A program made the position numbers and the translations under genes. DNA of 64,000 bases from the NCBI RefSeq assembly GCF_009914755.1, contig NC_060948.1; one strand, written 5' to 3'. The notes under the pieces are model-generated. The model was not told the DNA's origin, did no database searches, and worked only from the letters and a program-made list of their open reading frames with translations. This document shows, in pieces, positions 1 through 21,807 of this stretch. Source of the stretch: the human T2T-CHM13v2.0 reference genome, Homo sapiens. How positions within the stretch are numbered: the first letter of the stretch is position 1; every line of letters starts with the position of its first letter.

Positions 1-43
1 TTGCCTTGGCCTCCAAATTTGCTGGGATTACAGGCCTGAGCCA
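1..43 (-). mobile_element. Alu 5' fragment (cut by window edge)
   Basis: gccttggcctccaaatttgctgggattacaggcctgagcca resembles antisense Alu GCCTCGGCCTCCCAAAGTGCTGGGATTACAGGCGTGAGCCA. Confidence 0.9.
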
Positions 44-615
44 AGATCCATATTTTTTAAATGAAAAAAAATTTCAAAGGTACTCTGCTTGGTACAATAA
101 TCAAATGTATAAACTGAGGAATAAAACATAACCATGAAACCTACTTATAACTGCATATGGAAAATACAGAGGATAATTTTTTAAATAACATATTTTGAAA
201 GCCTTAACTAGTAATTTGAAGAGTTGGCATTTGAAAGGCCAGTATGAATATACCTTCAAAGCAGCAACACAGGTTCCCCATGAGAAAAAGCAAACACAGG
301 GAAAATAAAAACACAAAGGTTCAATCTCTTCTGACCTTTGAAAGACACAGCACAGACAGTGGTCCTTAGGACGAAGAGCAGGAGACCCCTAATTCCGTCA
401 CCATGGCGATAGGGCATAAACATTGCTGGGTGAGGGCACAATCCACATTGTGAGGTCCAAGTGCTGCCAGGAAGACAGGAGTGCTTTTACATAGACCGAA
501 AGGTCATTGAAGGCTCAGAGTTTTGTTTCAAGAACTGAATCCCAAGCCCACACGTTATTAGGCTGCGCTTCTTAAAACAAGTTATGAGATGGGAAAAAGG
601 GCACCCACAAACATA
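44..615. repeat. HSATI-type mixed-sequence subunit of DYZ2 (exemplar; present at offset ~44-615 of every unit)
   Basis: ~570-bp non-Alu, non-microsatellite segment between the Alu 5' end and the AT-rich block; very well conserved among copies. Boundaries approximate. Confidence 0.8.
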
Positions 616-2463
<1,848 letters not shown>

Positions 2464-4568
2464 AGATCCATATTTTTTAAATGAAAAAAAATTTCAAAGG
2501 TACTCTGCTTGGTACAATAATCAAATGTATAAACTGAGGAATAAAACATAACCATGAAACCTACTTATAACTGCATATGGAAAATACAGAGGATAATTTT
2601 TTAAATAACATATTTTGAAAGCCTTAACTAGTAATTTGAAGAGTTGGCATTTGAAAGGCCAGTATGAATATACCTTCAAAGCAGCAACACAGGTTCCCCA
2701 TGAGAAAAAGCAAACACAGGGAAAATAAAAACACAAAGGTTCAATCTCTTCTGACCTTTGAAAGACACAGCACAGACAGTGGTCCTTAGGACGAAGAGCA
2801 GGAGACCCCTAATTCCGTCACCATGGCGATAGGGCATAAACATTGCTGGGTGAGGGCACAATCCACATTGTGAGGTCCAAGTGCTGCCAGGAAGACAGGA
2901 GTGCTTTTACATAGACCGAAAGGTCATTGAAGGCTCAGAGTTTTGTTTCAAGAACTGAATCCCAAGCCCACACGTTATTAGGCTGCGCTTCTTAAAACAA
3001 GTTATGAGATGGGAAAAAGGGCACCGACAAACATACGTATACATTATGTATATAATAATATACAGTATCATATATATAATATATATAACCTATGTATAAT
3101 ATTGTTTTACATCCTGCATCTTATGTTATATATATTGTATAAAATATAATAATTGATAATATATAAGTTTTATAATTCTACAATATGACATATAGTATAT
3201 ATTATAATTTATGACATATATAATATATGTCATATATCATATATAGAATATATTATACGGTTAATATACGTATTAAATATAAATTATACGTTATATATAT
3301 TATATATAATATATCTGTTATATATAATACCCATTATGCATGATATATATATTATGTCTATGTTATATATAGTATAAAACAACATATAATAATATATAAT
3401 TGTATATATAAAATGCGACATATAATATATATTATATTTTATAACATATGTAATATATATTATATATTATCTATAATACGTTGTATGTATAATACCTATA
3501 TTAAATATATATTATATGACTATGTTATTAATTACATGTCACATGTGTTATATATTATATATTTTACATAGAATATACCGGTTACATACAATATACACTA
3601 TGTTACCTATAATGTATAATTTATTACATGTAAAATAAAGAATGCAATATATTATGTATAATTTATAATATACCATATGTGGAATGTGATATATATAACA
3701 TATAATATATGATATATGATATACAGTATATGATATATAACATACAATATATGATTCCTAATATATATGGTATACAATATATATTTTATGATATGTATTC
3801 TATATGTTTTATATTCTGTTATATATAACTATTTGAAATTATATATAACTGTATAATATTTTATGTAAATATGTAATATAATATATATAACTATATAATA
3901 TATTATATATAACTATATATTATGTTATATATACTTTTATAACATAATTTACATAAAATATCATAATATAATCTATATTATATTATTTCATATTACATAA
4001 TATATATTACATATCACCCAATATAACTAACATACATAATATTATAATATAGATTATATTGTGTTATATTAAATATCATATATATCATGTATCATATATT
4101 CTATAATATATATTACACATTATATAATATGTATGTTGTCTATTATGTGATATATATAACTCTATATATAATTATATTTTTATACATATAACTAGATAAA
4201 CATGTAATTCTACATATTTTCATTTATAATATGTAGAATTATATAATCATATATAATTATTTATATTCTATAAAAAATTTTATCATTATATAAATTATAA
4301 TATATAAAAATTATAATATGTACTACAAATATATATATTATATATCATATATGATATAGTACCTTTGTTATATATCATAATACATATAAATGTGTATTAT
4401 GTTATCTATAATTATATAATTTCATATATAAGATGTATAATATGTATCATATATTATATATGTTATGTAATATATATAGTATATATAAGATGACACAGGA
4501 TAAATATTATATACTATGACATATAAAATATATGAGGTTATATGTTACATATAAGGCATAGCACATAA

Positions 4569-4883
<315 letters not shown>

Positions 4884-6988
4884 AGATCCATATTTTTTAA
4901 ATGAAAAAAAATTTCAAAGGTACTCTGCTTGGTACAATAATCAAATGTATAAACTGAGGAATAAAACATAACCATGAAACCTACTTATAACTGCATATGG
5001 AAAATACAGAGGATAATTTTTTAAATAACATATTTTGAAAGCCTTAACTAGTAATTTGAAGAGTTGGCATTTGAAAGGCCAGTATGAATATACCTTCAAA
5101 GCAGCAACACAGGTTCCCCATGAGAAAAAGCAAACACAGGGAAAATAAAAACACAAAGGTTCAATCTCTTCTGACCTTTGAAAGACACAGCACAGACAGT
5201 GGTCCTTAGGACGAAGAGCAGGAGACCCCTAATTCCGTCACCATGGCGATAGGGCATAAACATTGCTGGGTGAGGGCACAATCCACATTGTGAGGTCCAA
5301 GTGCTGCCAGGAAGACAGGAGTGCTTTTACATAGACCGAAAGGTCATTGAAGGCTCAGAGTTTTGTTTCAAGAACTGAATCCCAAGCCCACACGTTATTA
5401 GGCTGCGCTTCTTAAAACAAGTTATGAGATGGGAAAAAGGGCACCCACAAACATACGTATACATTATGTATATAATAATATACAGTATCATATATATAAT
5501 ATATATAACCTATGTATAATATTGTTTTACATCCTGCATCTTATGTTATATATATTGTATAAAATATAATAATTGATAATATATAAGTTTTATAAATATA
5601 CAATATGACATATAGTATATATTATAATTTATGACATATATAATATATGTCATATATCATATATAGAATATATTATACGGTTAATATACGTATTAAATAT
5701 AAATTATACGTTATATATATTATATATAATATATCTGTTATATATAATACCCATTATGCATAATATATATATTATGTCTATGTTATATATAGTATAAAAC
5801 AACATATAATAATATATAATTGTATATATAAAATGCGACATATAATATATATTATATTTTATAACATATGTAATATATATTATATATTATCTATAATACG
5901 TTGTATGTATAATACCTATATTAAATATATATTATATGACTATGTTATTAATTACATGTCACATGTGTTATATATTATATATTTTACATAGAATATACCG
6001 GTTACATACAATATATACTATGTTACCTATAATGTATAATTTATTACATGTAAAATAAAGAATGCAATATATTATGTATAATTTATAATATACAATATGT
6101 GGAATGTGATATATGTAACATATAATATATGATATATGATATACAGTATATGATATATAACATACAATATATGATTCCTAATATATATGGTATACAATAT
6201 ATATTTTATGATATGTATTCTATATGTTTTATATTCTGTTATATATAACTATTTGAAATTATATATAACTGTATAATATTTTATGTAAATATGTAATATA
6301 ATATATATAACTATATAATATATTATATATAACTATATATTATGTTATATATACTTTTATAACATAATTTACATAAAATATCATAATATAATATATATTA
6401 TATTATTTCATATTACATAATATATATTACATATCACCCAATATAACTAACATACATAATATTATAATATAGATTATATTGTGTTATATTAAATATCATA
6501 TATATCATGTATCATATATTCTATAATATATATTACACATTATATAATATGTATGTTGTCTATTATGTGATATATATAACTCTATATATAATTATATTTT
6601 TATACATATAACTAGATAAACATGTAATTCTACATATTTTCATTTATAATATGTAGAATTATATAATCATATATAATTATTTATATTCTATAAAAAATTT
6701 TATCATTCTATAAATTATAATATATAAAAATTATAATATGTACTACAAATATATATATTATATATCACATATGATATAGTACCATTGTTATATATCATAA
6801 TACATATAAATGTGTATTATGTTATCTATAATTATATAATTTCATATATAAGATGTATAATATGTATCATATATTATATATGTTATGTAACATATATAGT
6901 ATATATAAGATGACACAGGATAAATATTATATACTATGACATATAAAATATATGAGGTTATATGTTACATATAAGGCATAGCACATAA

Positions 6989-7303
<315 letters not shown>

Positions 7304-9408
7304 AGATCCATATTTTTTAAATGAAAAAAAATTTCAAAGGTACTCTGCTTGGTACAATAATCAAATGTATAAACTGAGGAATAAAACATAACCATGAAAC
7401 CTACTTATAACTGCATATGGAAAATACAGAGGATAATTTTTTAAATAACATATTTTGAAAGCCTTAACTAGTAATTTGAAGAGTTGGCATTTGAAAGGCC
7501 AGTATGAATATACCTTCAAAGCAGCAACACAGGTTCCCCATGAGAAAAAGCAAACACAGGGAAAATAAAAACACAAAGGTTCAATCTCTTCTGACCTTTG
7601 AAAGACACAGCACAGACAGTGGTCCTTAGGACGAAGAGCAGGAGACCCCTAATTCCGTCACCATGGCGATAGGGCATAAACATTGCTGGGTGAGGGCACA
7701 ATCCACATTGTGAGGTCCAAGTGCTGCCAGGAAGACAGGAGTGCTTTTACATAGACCGAAAGGTCATTGAAGGCTCAGAGTTTTGTTTCAAGAACTGAAT
7801 CCCAAGCCCACACGTTATTAGGCTGCGCTTCTTAAAACAAGTTATGAGATGGGAAAAAGGGCACCCACAAACATACGTATACATTATGTATATAATAATA
7901 TACAGTATCATATATATAATATATATAACCTATGTATAATATTGTTTTACATCCTGCATCTTATGTTATATATATTGTATAAAATATAATAATTGATAAT
8001 ATATAAGTTTTATAAATATACAATATGACATATAGTATATATTATAATTTATGACATATATAATATATGTCATATATCATATATAGAATATATTATACGG
8101 TTAATATACGTATTAAATATAAATTATACATTATATATATTATATATAATATATCTGTTATATATAATACCCATTATGCATAATATATATATTATATCTA
8201 TGTTATATATAGTATAAAACAACATATAATAATATATAATTGTATATATAAAATGCGACATATAATATATATTATATTTTATAACATATGTAATATATAT
8301 TATATATTATATATAATACGTTGTATGTATAATACCTATATTAAATATATATTATATGACTATGTTATTAATTACATGTCACATGAGTTATATATTATAT
8401 ATTTTACATAGAATATACCGGTTACATACAATATATACTATGTTACCTACAATGTATAATTTATTACATGTAAAATAAAGAATGCAGTATATTATGTATA
8501 ATTTATAATATACAATATGTGGAATGTGATATATATAACATATAATATATGATATATGATATACAGTATATGATATATAACATACAATATATGATTCCTA
8601 ATATATATGGTATACAATATATATTTTATGATATGTATTCTATATGTTTTATATTCTGTTATATATAACTATTTGAAATTATATATAACTGTATAATATT
8701 TTATGTAAATATGTAATATAATATATATAACTATATAATATAATATATATAACTATATATTATGTTATATATACTTTTATAACATAATTTACATAAAATA
8801 TCATAATATAATATATATTATATTATTTCTTATTACATAATATATATTACATATCACCCAATATAACTAACATACATAATATTATAATATAGATTATATT
8901 GTGTTATATTAAATATCATATATATCATGTATCATATATTCTATAATATATATTACACATTATATAATATGTATGTTTTCTATTATGTGATATATATAAC
9001 TCTATATATAATTATATTTTTATACATATAACTAGATAAACATGTAATTCTACATATTTTCATTTATAATATGTAGAATTATATAATCATATATAATTAT
9101 TTATATTCTATAAAAAATTTTATCATTATATAAATTATAATATATAAAAATTATAATATGTACTACAAATATATATATTATATATCATATATGATATAGT
9201 ACCTTTGTTATATATCATAATACATATAAATGTGTATTATGTTATCTATAATTATATAATTTCATATATAAGATGTATAATATGTATCATATATTATATA
9301 TGTTATGTAATATATATAGTATATATAAGATGACACAGGATAAATATTATATACTATGACATATAAAAAATATGAGGTTATATGTTACATATAAGGCATA
9401 GCACATAA

Positions 9409-9723
<315 letters not shown>

Positions 9724-11825
9724 AGATCCATATTTTTTAAATGAAAAAAAATTTCAAAGGTACTCTGCTTGGTACAATAATCAAATGTATAAACTGAGGA
9801 ATAAAACATAACCATGAAACCTACTTATAACTGCATATGGAAAATACAGAGGATAATTTTTTAAATAACATATTTTGAAAGCCTTAACTAGTAATTTGAA
9901 GAGTTGGCATTTGAAAGGCCAGTATGAATATACCTTCAAAGCAGCAAGACAGGTTCCCCATGAGAAAAAGCAAACACAGGGAAAATAAAAACACAAAGGT
10001 TCAATCTCTTCTGACCTTTGAAAGACACAGCACAGACAGTGGTCCTTAGGACGAAGAGCAGGAGACCCCTAATTCCGTCACCATGGCGATAGGGCATAAA
10101 CATTGCTGGGTGAGGGCACAATCCACATTGTGAGGTCCAACTGCTGCCAGGAAGACAGGAGTGCTTTTACATAGACCGAAAGGTCATTGAAGGCTCAGAG
10201 TTTTGTTTCAAGAACTGAATCCCAAGCCCACACGTTATTAGGCTGCGCTTCTTAAAACAAGTTATGAGATGGGAAAAAGGGCACCCACAAACATACGTAT
10301 ACATTATGTATATAATAATATACAGTATCATATATATAATATATATAACCTATGTATAATATTGTTTTACATCCTGCATCTTATGTTATATATATTGTAT
10401 AAAATATAATAATTGATAATATATAAGTTTTATAATTATACAATATGACATATAGTATATATTATAATTTATGACATATATAATATATGTTATATGTCAT
10501 ATATAGAATATATTATAGGGTTAATATACGTATTAAATATAAATTATACATTATATATATTATATATAATATATCTGTTATATATAATACCCATTATGCA
10601 TAATATATATATTATGTCTATGTTATATATAGTATAAAACAACATATAATAATATATAATTGTATATATAAAATGCCACATATAATATATATTATATTTT
10701 ATAACATATGTAATATATATTATATATTATATATAATACGTTGTATGTATAATACCTATATTAAATATATATTATATGACTATGTTATTAATTACATGTC
10801 ACATGTGTTATATATTATATATTTTACATAGAATATACCGGTTACATACAATATATACTATGTTACCTATAATGTATAATTTATTACATGTAAAAAAAGA
10901 ATGCAATATATTATGTATAATTTATAATATACAATATGTGGAATGTGATATATATAACATATAATATATGATATATGATATACAGTATATGATATATAAC
11001 ATACAATATATGATTCCTAATATATATGGTATACAATATATATTTTATGATATGTATTCTATATGTTTTATATTCTGTTATATATAACTATTTGAAATTA
11101 TATATAACTGTATAATATTTTATGTAAATATGTAATATAATATATATAACTATATAATATATTATATATAACTATATATTATGTTATATATACTTTTATA
11201 ACATAATTTACATAAAATATCATAATATAATATATATTATATTATTTCATATTACATAATATATATTACATATCACCCAATATAACTAACATACATAATA
11301 TTATAATATAGATTATATTGTGTTATATTAAATATCATATATATCATGTATCATATATTCTATAATATATATTACACATTATATAATATGTATGTTGTCT
11401 ATTATGTGATATATATAACTATATATAATTATATTTTTATACATATAACTAGATAAACATGTAATTCTACATATTTTCATTTATAATATGTAGAATTATA
11501 TAATCATATATAATTATTTATATTCTATAAAAAATTTTATCATTATATAAATTATAATATATAAAAATTATAATATGTACTACAAATATATATATTATAT
11601 ATCATATATGATATAGTACCTTTGTTATATATCATAATACATATAAATGTGTATTATGTTATCTATAATTATATAATTTCATATATAAGATGTATAATAT
11701 GTATCATATATTATATATGTTATGTAATATATATAGTATATATAAGATGACACAGGATAAATATTATATACTATGACATATAAAAAATATGAGGTTATAT
11801 GTTACATATAAGGCATAGCACATAA

Positions 11826-12140
<315 letters not shown>

Positions 12141-14266
12141 AGATCCATATTTTTTAAATGAAAAAAAATTTCAAAGGTACTCTGCTTGGTACAATAATCA
12201 AATGTATAAACTGAGGAATAAAACATAACCATGAAACCTACTTATAACTGCATATGGAAAATACAGAGGATAATTTTTTAAATAACATATTTTGAAAGCC
12301 TTAACTAGTAATTTGAAGAGTTGGCATTTGAAAGGCCAGTATGAATATACCTTCAAAGCAGCAACACAGGTTCCCCATGAGAAAAAGCAAACACAGGGAA
12401 AATAAAAACACAAAGGTTCAATCTCTTCTGACCTTTGAAAGACACAGCACAGACAGTGGTCCTTAGGACGAAGAGCAGGAGACCCCTAATTCCGTCACCA
12501 TGGCGATAGGGCATAAACATTGCTGGGTGAGGGCACAATCCACATTGTGAGGTCCAACTGCTGCCAGGAAGACAGGAGTGCTTTTACATAGACCGAAAGG
12601 TCATTGAAGGCTCAGAGTTTTGTTTCAAGAACTGAATCCCAAGCCCACACGTTATTAGGCTGCGCTTCTTAAAACAAGTTATGAGATGGGAAAAAGGGCA
12701 CCCACAAACATACGTATACATTATGTATATAATAATATACAGTATCATATATATAATATATATAACCTATGTATAATATTGTTTTACATCCTGCATCTTA
12801 TGTTATATATATTGTATAAAATATAATAATTGATAATATATAAGTTTTATAATTATACAATATGACATATAGTATATATTATAATTTATGACATATATAA
12901 TATATGTTATATGTCATATATAGAATATATTATAGGGTTAATATACGTATTAAATATAAATTATACATTATATATATTATATATAATATATCTGTTATAT
13001 ATAATACCCATTATGCATAATATATATATTATGTCTATGTTATATATAGTATAAAACAACATATAATAATATATAATTGTATATATAAAATGCCACATAT
13101 AATATATATTATATTTTATAACATATGTAATATATATTATATATTATATATAATACGTTGTATGTATAATACCTATATTAAATATATATTATATGACTAT
13201 GTTATTAATTACATGTCACATGTGTTATATATTATATATTTTACATAGAATATACCGGTTACATACAATATATACTATGTTACCTATAATGTATAATTTA
13301 TTACATGTAAAATAAAGAATGCAATATATTATGTATAATTTATAATATACAATATGTGGAATGTGATATATATAACATATAATATATGATATATGATATA
13401 CAGTATATGATATATAACATACAATATATGATTCCTAATATATATGGTATACAATATATATTTTATGATATGTATTCTATATGTTTTATATTCTGTTATA
13501 TATAACTATTTGAAATTATATATAACTGTATAATATTTTATGTAAATATGTAATATAATATATATAACTATATAATATATTATATATAACTATATATTAT
13601 GTTATATATACTTTTATAACATAATTTACATAAAATATCATAATATAATATATATTATATTATTTCATATTACATAATATATATTACATATCACCCAATA
13701 TAACTAACATACATAATATTATAATATAGATTATATTGTGTTATATTAAATATCATATATATCATGTATCATATATTCTATAATATATATTACACATTAT
13801 ATAATATGTATGTTGTCTATTATGTGATATATATAACTATATATAATTATATTTTTATACATATAACTAGATAAACATGTAATTCTACATATTTTCATTT
13901 ATAATATGTAGAATTATATAATCATATATAATTATTTATATTCTATAAAAAATTTTATCATTATATAAATTATAATATATAAAAATTATAATATGTACTA
14001 CAAATATATATATTATATATCATATATGATATAGTACCTTTGTTATATATCATAATACATATAAATGTGTATTATGTTATCTATAATTATATAATTTCAT
14101 ATATAAGATGTATAATATGTATCATATATTATATATGTTATGTAATATATATAGTATATATAAGATGACACAGGATAAATATTATATACTATGACTTATA
14201 AAAAATATGAGGTTATATGTTACATATAAGGCATAGCACATAACATGTAATATATATCATATATAA

Positions 14267-14556
14267 TTTTTTTTAGACAGAATCTTGTCCTGTTGCACAG
14301 GGTGGGGTACAATGGCGCCATCTTTGCTCACTGCAACTTCTGCCTCACGGGTCCAAGCGATTGTCCTCCCTCAGCCTCCCAGGTAGCTGGGACTACACCA
14401 CACTGGGACTACACCAGCTGCCACCATGCCTAGCTAATTTTTTGGATTTTTAGTAAGACAGCCTTTCACTGTATTGGCCAGGATGGTCTTGATCTCTTCA
14501 CCTTGTGATCCCCTTGCCTTGGCCTCCAAATTTGCTGGGATTACAGGCCTGAGCCA
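14267..14556 (-). mobile_element. DYZ2 Alu copy
   Basis: Near-identical to 2172-2463; T8 tail and tagtaagaca variant. Confidence 0.93.
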
Positions 14557-16661
14557 AGATCCATATTTTTTAAATGAAAAAAAATTTCAAAGGTACTCTG
14601 CTTGGTACAATAATCAAATGTATAAACTGAGGAATAAAACATAACCATGAAACCTACTTATAACTGCATATGGAAAATACAGAGGATAATTTTTTAAATA
14701 ACATATTTTGAAAGCCTTAACTAGTAATTTGAAGAGTTGGCATTTGAAAGGCCAGTATGAATATACCTTCAAAGCAGCAACACAGGTTCCCCATGAGAAA
14801 AAGCAAACACAGGGAAAATAAAAACACAAAGGTTCAATCTCTTCTGACCTTTGAAAGACACAGCACAGACAGTGGTCCTTAGGACGAAGAGCAGGAGACC
14901 CCTAATTCCGTCACCATGGCGATAGGGCATAAACATTGCTGGGTGAGGGCACAATCCACATTGTGAGGTCCAACTGCTGCCAGGAAGACAGGAGTGCTTT
15001 TACATAGACCGAAAGGTCATTGAAGGCTCAGAGTTTTGTTTCAAGAACTGAATCCCAAGCCCACACGTTATTAGGCTGCGCTTCTTAAAACAAGTTATGA
15101 GATGGGAAAAAGGGCACCCACAAACATACGTATACATTATGTATATAATAATATACAGTATCATATATATAATATATATAACCTATGTATAATATTGTTT
15201 TACATCCTGCATCTTATGTTATATATATTGTATAAAATATAATAATTGATAATATATAAGTTTTATTATTATACAATATGACATATAGTATATATTATAA
15301 TTTATGACATATATAATATATGTTATATGTCATATATAGAATATATTATAGGGTTAATATACGTATTAAATATAAATTATACATTATATATATTATATAT
15401 AATATATCTGTTATATATAATACCCATTATGCATAATATATATATTATGTCTATGTTATATATAGTATAAAACAACATATAATAATATATAATTGTATAT
15501 ATAAAATGCCACATATAATATATATTATATTTTATAACATATGTAATATATATTATATATTATATATAATACGTTGTATGTATAATACCTATATTAAATA
15601 TATATTATATGACTATGTTATTAATTACATGTCACATGTGTTATATATTATATATTTTACATAGAATATACCGGTTACATACAATATATACTATGTTACC
15701 TATAATGTATAATTTATTACATGTAAAATAAAGAATGCAATATATTATGTATAATTTATAATATACAATATGTGGAATGTGATATATATAACATATAATA
15801 TATGATATATGATATACAGTATATGATATATAACATACAATATATGATTCCTAATATATATGGTATACAATATATATTTTATGATATGTATTCTATATGT
15901 TTTATATTCTGTTATATATAACTATTTGAAATTATATATAACTGTATAATATTTTATGTAAATATGTAATATAATATATATAACTATATAATATATTATA
16001 TATAACTATATATTATGTTATATATACTTTTATAACATAATTTATATAAAATATCATAATATAATATATATTATATTATTTCATATTACATAATATATAT
16101 TACATATCACCCAATATAACTAACATACATAATATTATAATATAGATTATATTGTGTTATATTAAATATCATATATATCATGTATCATATATTCTATAAT
16201 ATATATTACACATTATATAATATGTATGTTGTCTATTATGTGATATATATAACTCTATATATAATTATATTTTTATACATATATCTAGATAAACATGTAA
16301 TTCTACATATTTTCATTTATAATATGTAGAATTATATAATCATATATAATTATTTACATTCTATAAAAAATTTTATCATTATATAAATTATAATATATAA
16401 AAATTATAATATGTACTACAAATATATATATTATATATCACATATGATATAGTACCATTGTTATATATCATAATACATATAAATGTGTATTATGTTATCT
16501 ATAATTATATAATTTCATATATAAGATGTATAATATGTATCATATATTATATATGTTATGTAACATATATAGTATATATAAGATGACACAGGATAAATAT
16601 TATATACTATGACATATAAAATATATGAGGTTATATGTTACATATAAGGCATAGCACATAA

Positions 16662-16976
<315 letters not shown>

Positions 16977-19081
16977 AGATCCATATTTTTTAAATGAAAA
17001 AAAATTTCAAAGGTACTCTGCTTGGTACAATAATCAAATGTATAAACTGAGGAATAAAACATAACCATGAAACCTACTTATAACTGCATATGGAAAATAC
17101 AGAGGATAATTTTTTAAATAACATATTTTGAAAGCCTTAACTAGTAATTTGAAGAGTTGGCATTTGAAAGGCCGGTATGAATATACCTTCAAAGCAGCAA
17201 CACAGGTTCCCCATGAGAAAAAGCAAACACAGGGAAAATAAAAACACAAAGGTTCAATCTCTTCTGACCTTTGAAAGACACAGCACAGACAGTGGTCCTT
17301 AGGACGAAGAGCAGGAGACCCCTAATTCCGTCACCATGGCGATAGGGCATAAACATTGCTGGGTGAGGGCACAATCCACATTGTGAGGTCCAACTGCTGC
17401 CAGGAAGACAGGAGTGCTTTTACATAGACCGAAAGGTCATTGAAGGCTCAGAGTTTTGTTTCAAGAACTGAATCCCAAGCCCACACGTTATTAGGCTGCG
17501 CTTCTTAAAACAAGTTATGAGATGGGAAAAAGGGCACCCACAAACATACGTATACATTATGTATATAATAATATACAGTATCATATATATAATATATATA
17601 ACCTATGTATAATACTGTTTTACATCCTGCAGCTTATGTTATATACATTGTATAAAATATAATAATTGATAATATATAAGTTTTATAATTATACAATATG
17701 ACATATAGTATATATTATAATTTATGACATATATAATATATGTTATATATCATATATAGAATATATTATACGGTTAATATACGTATTAAATATAAATTAT
17801 ACATTATATATATTATATATAATATATCTGTTATATATAATACCCATTATGCATAATATATATATTATGTCTATGTTATATATAGTATAAAACAACATAT
17901 AATAATATATAATTGTATATATAAAATGCGACATATAATATATATTATATTGTATAACATATGTAATATATATTATATATTATATATAATACGTTGTATG
18001 TATAATACATGTATTAAATATATATTATATGACTATGTTATTAATTACATGTCACATGTGTTATATATTATATATTTTACATAGAATATACCGGTTACAT
18101 ACAATATATACTATGTTACCTATAATGTATAATTTATTACATGTAAAATAAAGAATGCAATATATTATGTATAATTTATAATATACAATATGTGGAATGT
18201 GATATATATAACATATAATATATGATATATGATATACAGTATATGATATATAACATACAATATATGATTCCTAATATATATGGTATACAATATATATTTT
18301 ATGATATGTATTCTATATGTTTTATATTCTGTTATATATAACTATTTGAAATTATATATAACTGTATAATATTTTATGTAAATATGTAATATAATATATA
18401 TAACTATATAATATATTATATATAACTATATATTATGTTATATATACTTTTATAACATAATTTACATAAAATATCATAATATAATATATATTATATTATT
18501 TCATATTACATAATATATATTACATATCACCCAATATAACTAACATACATAATATTATAATATAGATTATATTGTGTTATATTAAATATCATATATATCA
18601 TGTATCATATATTCTATAATATATATTACACATTATATAATATGTATGTTGTCTATTATGTGATATATATAACTCTATATATAATTATATTTTTATACAT
18701 ATAACTAGATAAACATGTAATTCTACATATTTTCATTTATAATATGTAGAATTATATAATCATATATAATTATTTATATTCTATAAAAAATTTTATCATT
18801 ATATAAATTATAATATATAAAAATTATAATATGTACTACAAATATATATATTATATATCATATATGATATAGTACCTTTGTTATATATCATAATACATAT
18901 AAATGTGTATTATGTTGTCTATAATTATATAATTTCATATATAAGATGTATAATATGTATCATATATTATATATGTTATGTAACATATATAGTATATATA
19001 AGATGACACAGGATAAATATTATATACTATGACATATAAAATATATGGGGTTATATGTTACATATAAGGCATAGCACATAA

Positions 19082-19396
<315 letters not shown>

Positions 19397-21492
19397 AGAT
19401 CCATATTTTTTAAATGAAAAAAAATTTCAAAGGTACTCTGCTTGGTACAATAATCAAATGTATAAACTGAGGAATAAAACATAACCATGAAACCTACTTA
19501 TAACTGCATATGGAAAATACAGAGGATAATTTTTTAAATAACATATTTTGAAAGCCTTAACTAGTAATTTGAAGAGTTGGCATTTGAAAGGCCAGTATGA
19601 ATATACCTTCAAAGCAGCAACACAGGTTCCCCATGAGAAAAAGCAAACACAGGGAAAATAAAAACACAAAGGTTCAATCTCTTCTGACCTTTGAAAGACA
19701 CAGCACAGACAGTGGTCCTTAGGACGAAGAGCAGGAGACCCCTAATTCCGTCACCATGGCGATAGGGCATAAACATTGCTGGGTGAGGGCACAATCCACA
19801 TTGTGAGGTCCAACTGCTGCCAGGAAGACAGGAGTGCTTTTACATAGACCGAAAGGTCATTGAAGGCTCAGAGTTTTGTTTCAAGAACTGAATCCCAAGC
19901 CCACACGTTATTAGGCTGCGCTTCTTAAAACAAGTTATGAGATGGGAAAAAGGGCACCAACAAACATACGTATACATTATGTATATAATAATATACAGTA
20001 TCATATATATAATATATATAACCTATGTATAATATTGTTTTACATCCTGCATCTTATGTTATATATATTGTATAAAATATAATAATTGATAATATATGTT
20101 TTATAATTATACAATATGACATATAGTATATATTATAATTTATGACATATATAATATATGTTATATATCATATATAGAATATATTATACGGTTAATATAC
20201 GTATTAAATATAAATTATACATTATATATATTATATATAATATATCTGTTATATATAATACCCATTATGCATAATATATATATTATGTCTATGTTATATA
20301 TAGTATAAAACAACATATAATAATATATAATTGTATATATAAAATGCGACATATAATATATATTATATTTTATAACATATGTAATATATATTATATATAA
20401 TACGTTGTATGTATAATACCTATATTAAATATATATTATATGACTATGTTATTAATTACATGTCACATGTGTTATATATTATATATTTTACATAGAATAT
20501 ACCGGTTACATACAATATATACTATGTTACCTATAATGTATAATTTATTACATGTAAAATAAAGAATGCAATATATTATGTATAATTTATAATATACAAT
20601 ATGTAGAATGTGATATATATAACATATAATATATGATATATGATATACAGTATATGATATATGACATACAATATATGATTCCTAATATATATGGTATACA
20701 ATATATATTTTATGATATGTTTTCTATATGTTTTATATTCTGTTATATATAACTATTTGAAATTATATATAACTGTATAATATTTTATGTAAATATGTAA
20801 TATAATATATATAACTATATAATATATTATATATAACTATATATTATGTTATATATACTTTTATAACATAATTTACATAAAATATCATAATATAATATAT
20901 ATTATATTATTTCATATTACATAATATATATTACATATCACCCAATATAACTAACATACATAATATTATAATATAGATTATATTGTGTTATATTAAATAT
21001 CATATATATCATGTATCATATATTCTATAATATATATTACACATTATATAATATGTATGTTGTCTATTATGTGATATATATAACTCTATATATAATTATA
21101 TTTATATACATATAACTAGATAAACATGTAATTCTACATATTTTCATTTATAATATGTAGAATTATATAATCATATATAATTATTTATATTCTATAAAAA
21201 ATTTTATCATTATATAAATTATAATATATAAAAATTATAATATGTACTACAAATATATATATTATATATCATATATGATATAGTACCTTTGTTATATATC
21301 ATAATACATATAAATGTGTATTATGTTATCTATAATTATATAATTTCATATATAAGATGTATAATATGTATCATATATTATAAATGTTATGTAATATATA
21401 TAGTATATATAAGATGACACAGGATAAATATTATATACTATGACATATAAAATATATGAGGTTATATGTTACATATAAGGCATAGCACATAA

Positions 21493-21807
<315 letters not shown>

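Noticed and set aside
101-441. Overlapping 71-aa and 61-aa minus-strand ORFs repeated in nearly every unit
   Set aside because: Both start at TTG, resemble no protein family I recognise, and are conserved only because the satellite is homogeneous; some copies are frameshifted or lose the start (e.g. ~51040, ~39006).
10776-10964. I/Y/N-rich ORFs in AT blocks (also 29497, 34843, 39423, 39554, 47068, 49353, 56104, 61578)
   Set aside because: Translation of TA-rich low-complexity DNA; they open only where a chance SNV or indel removes a stop.
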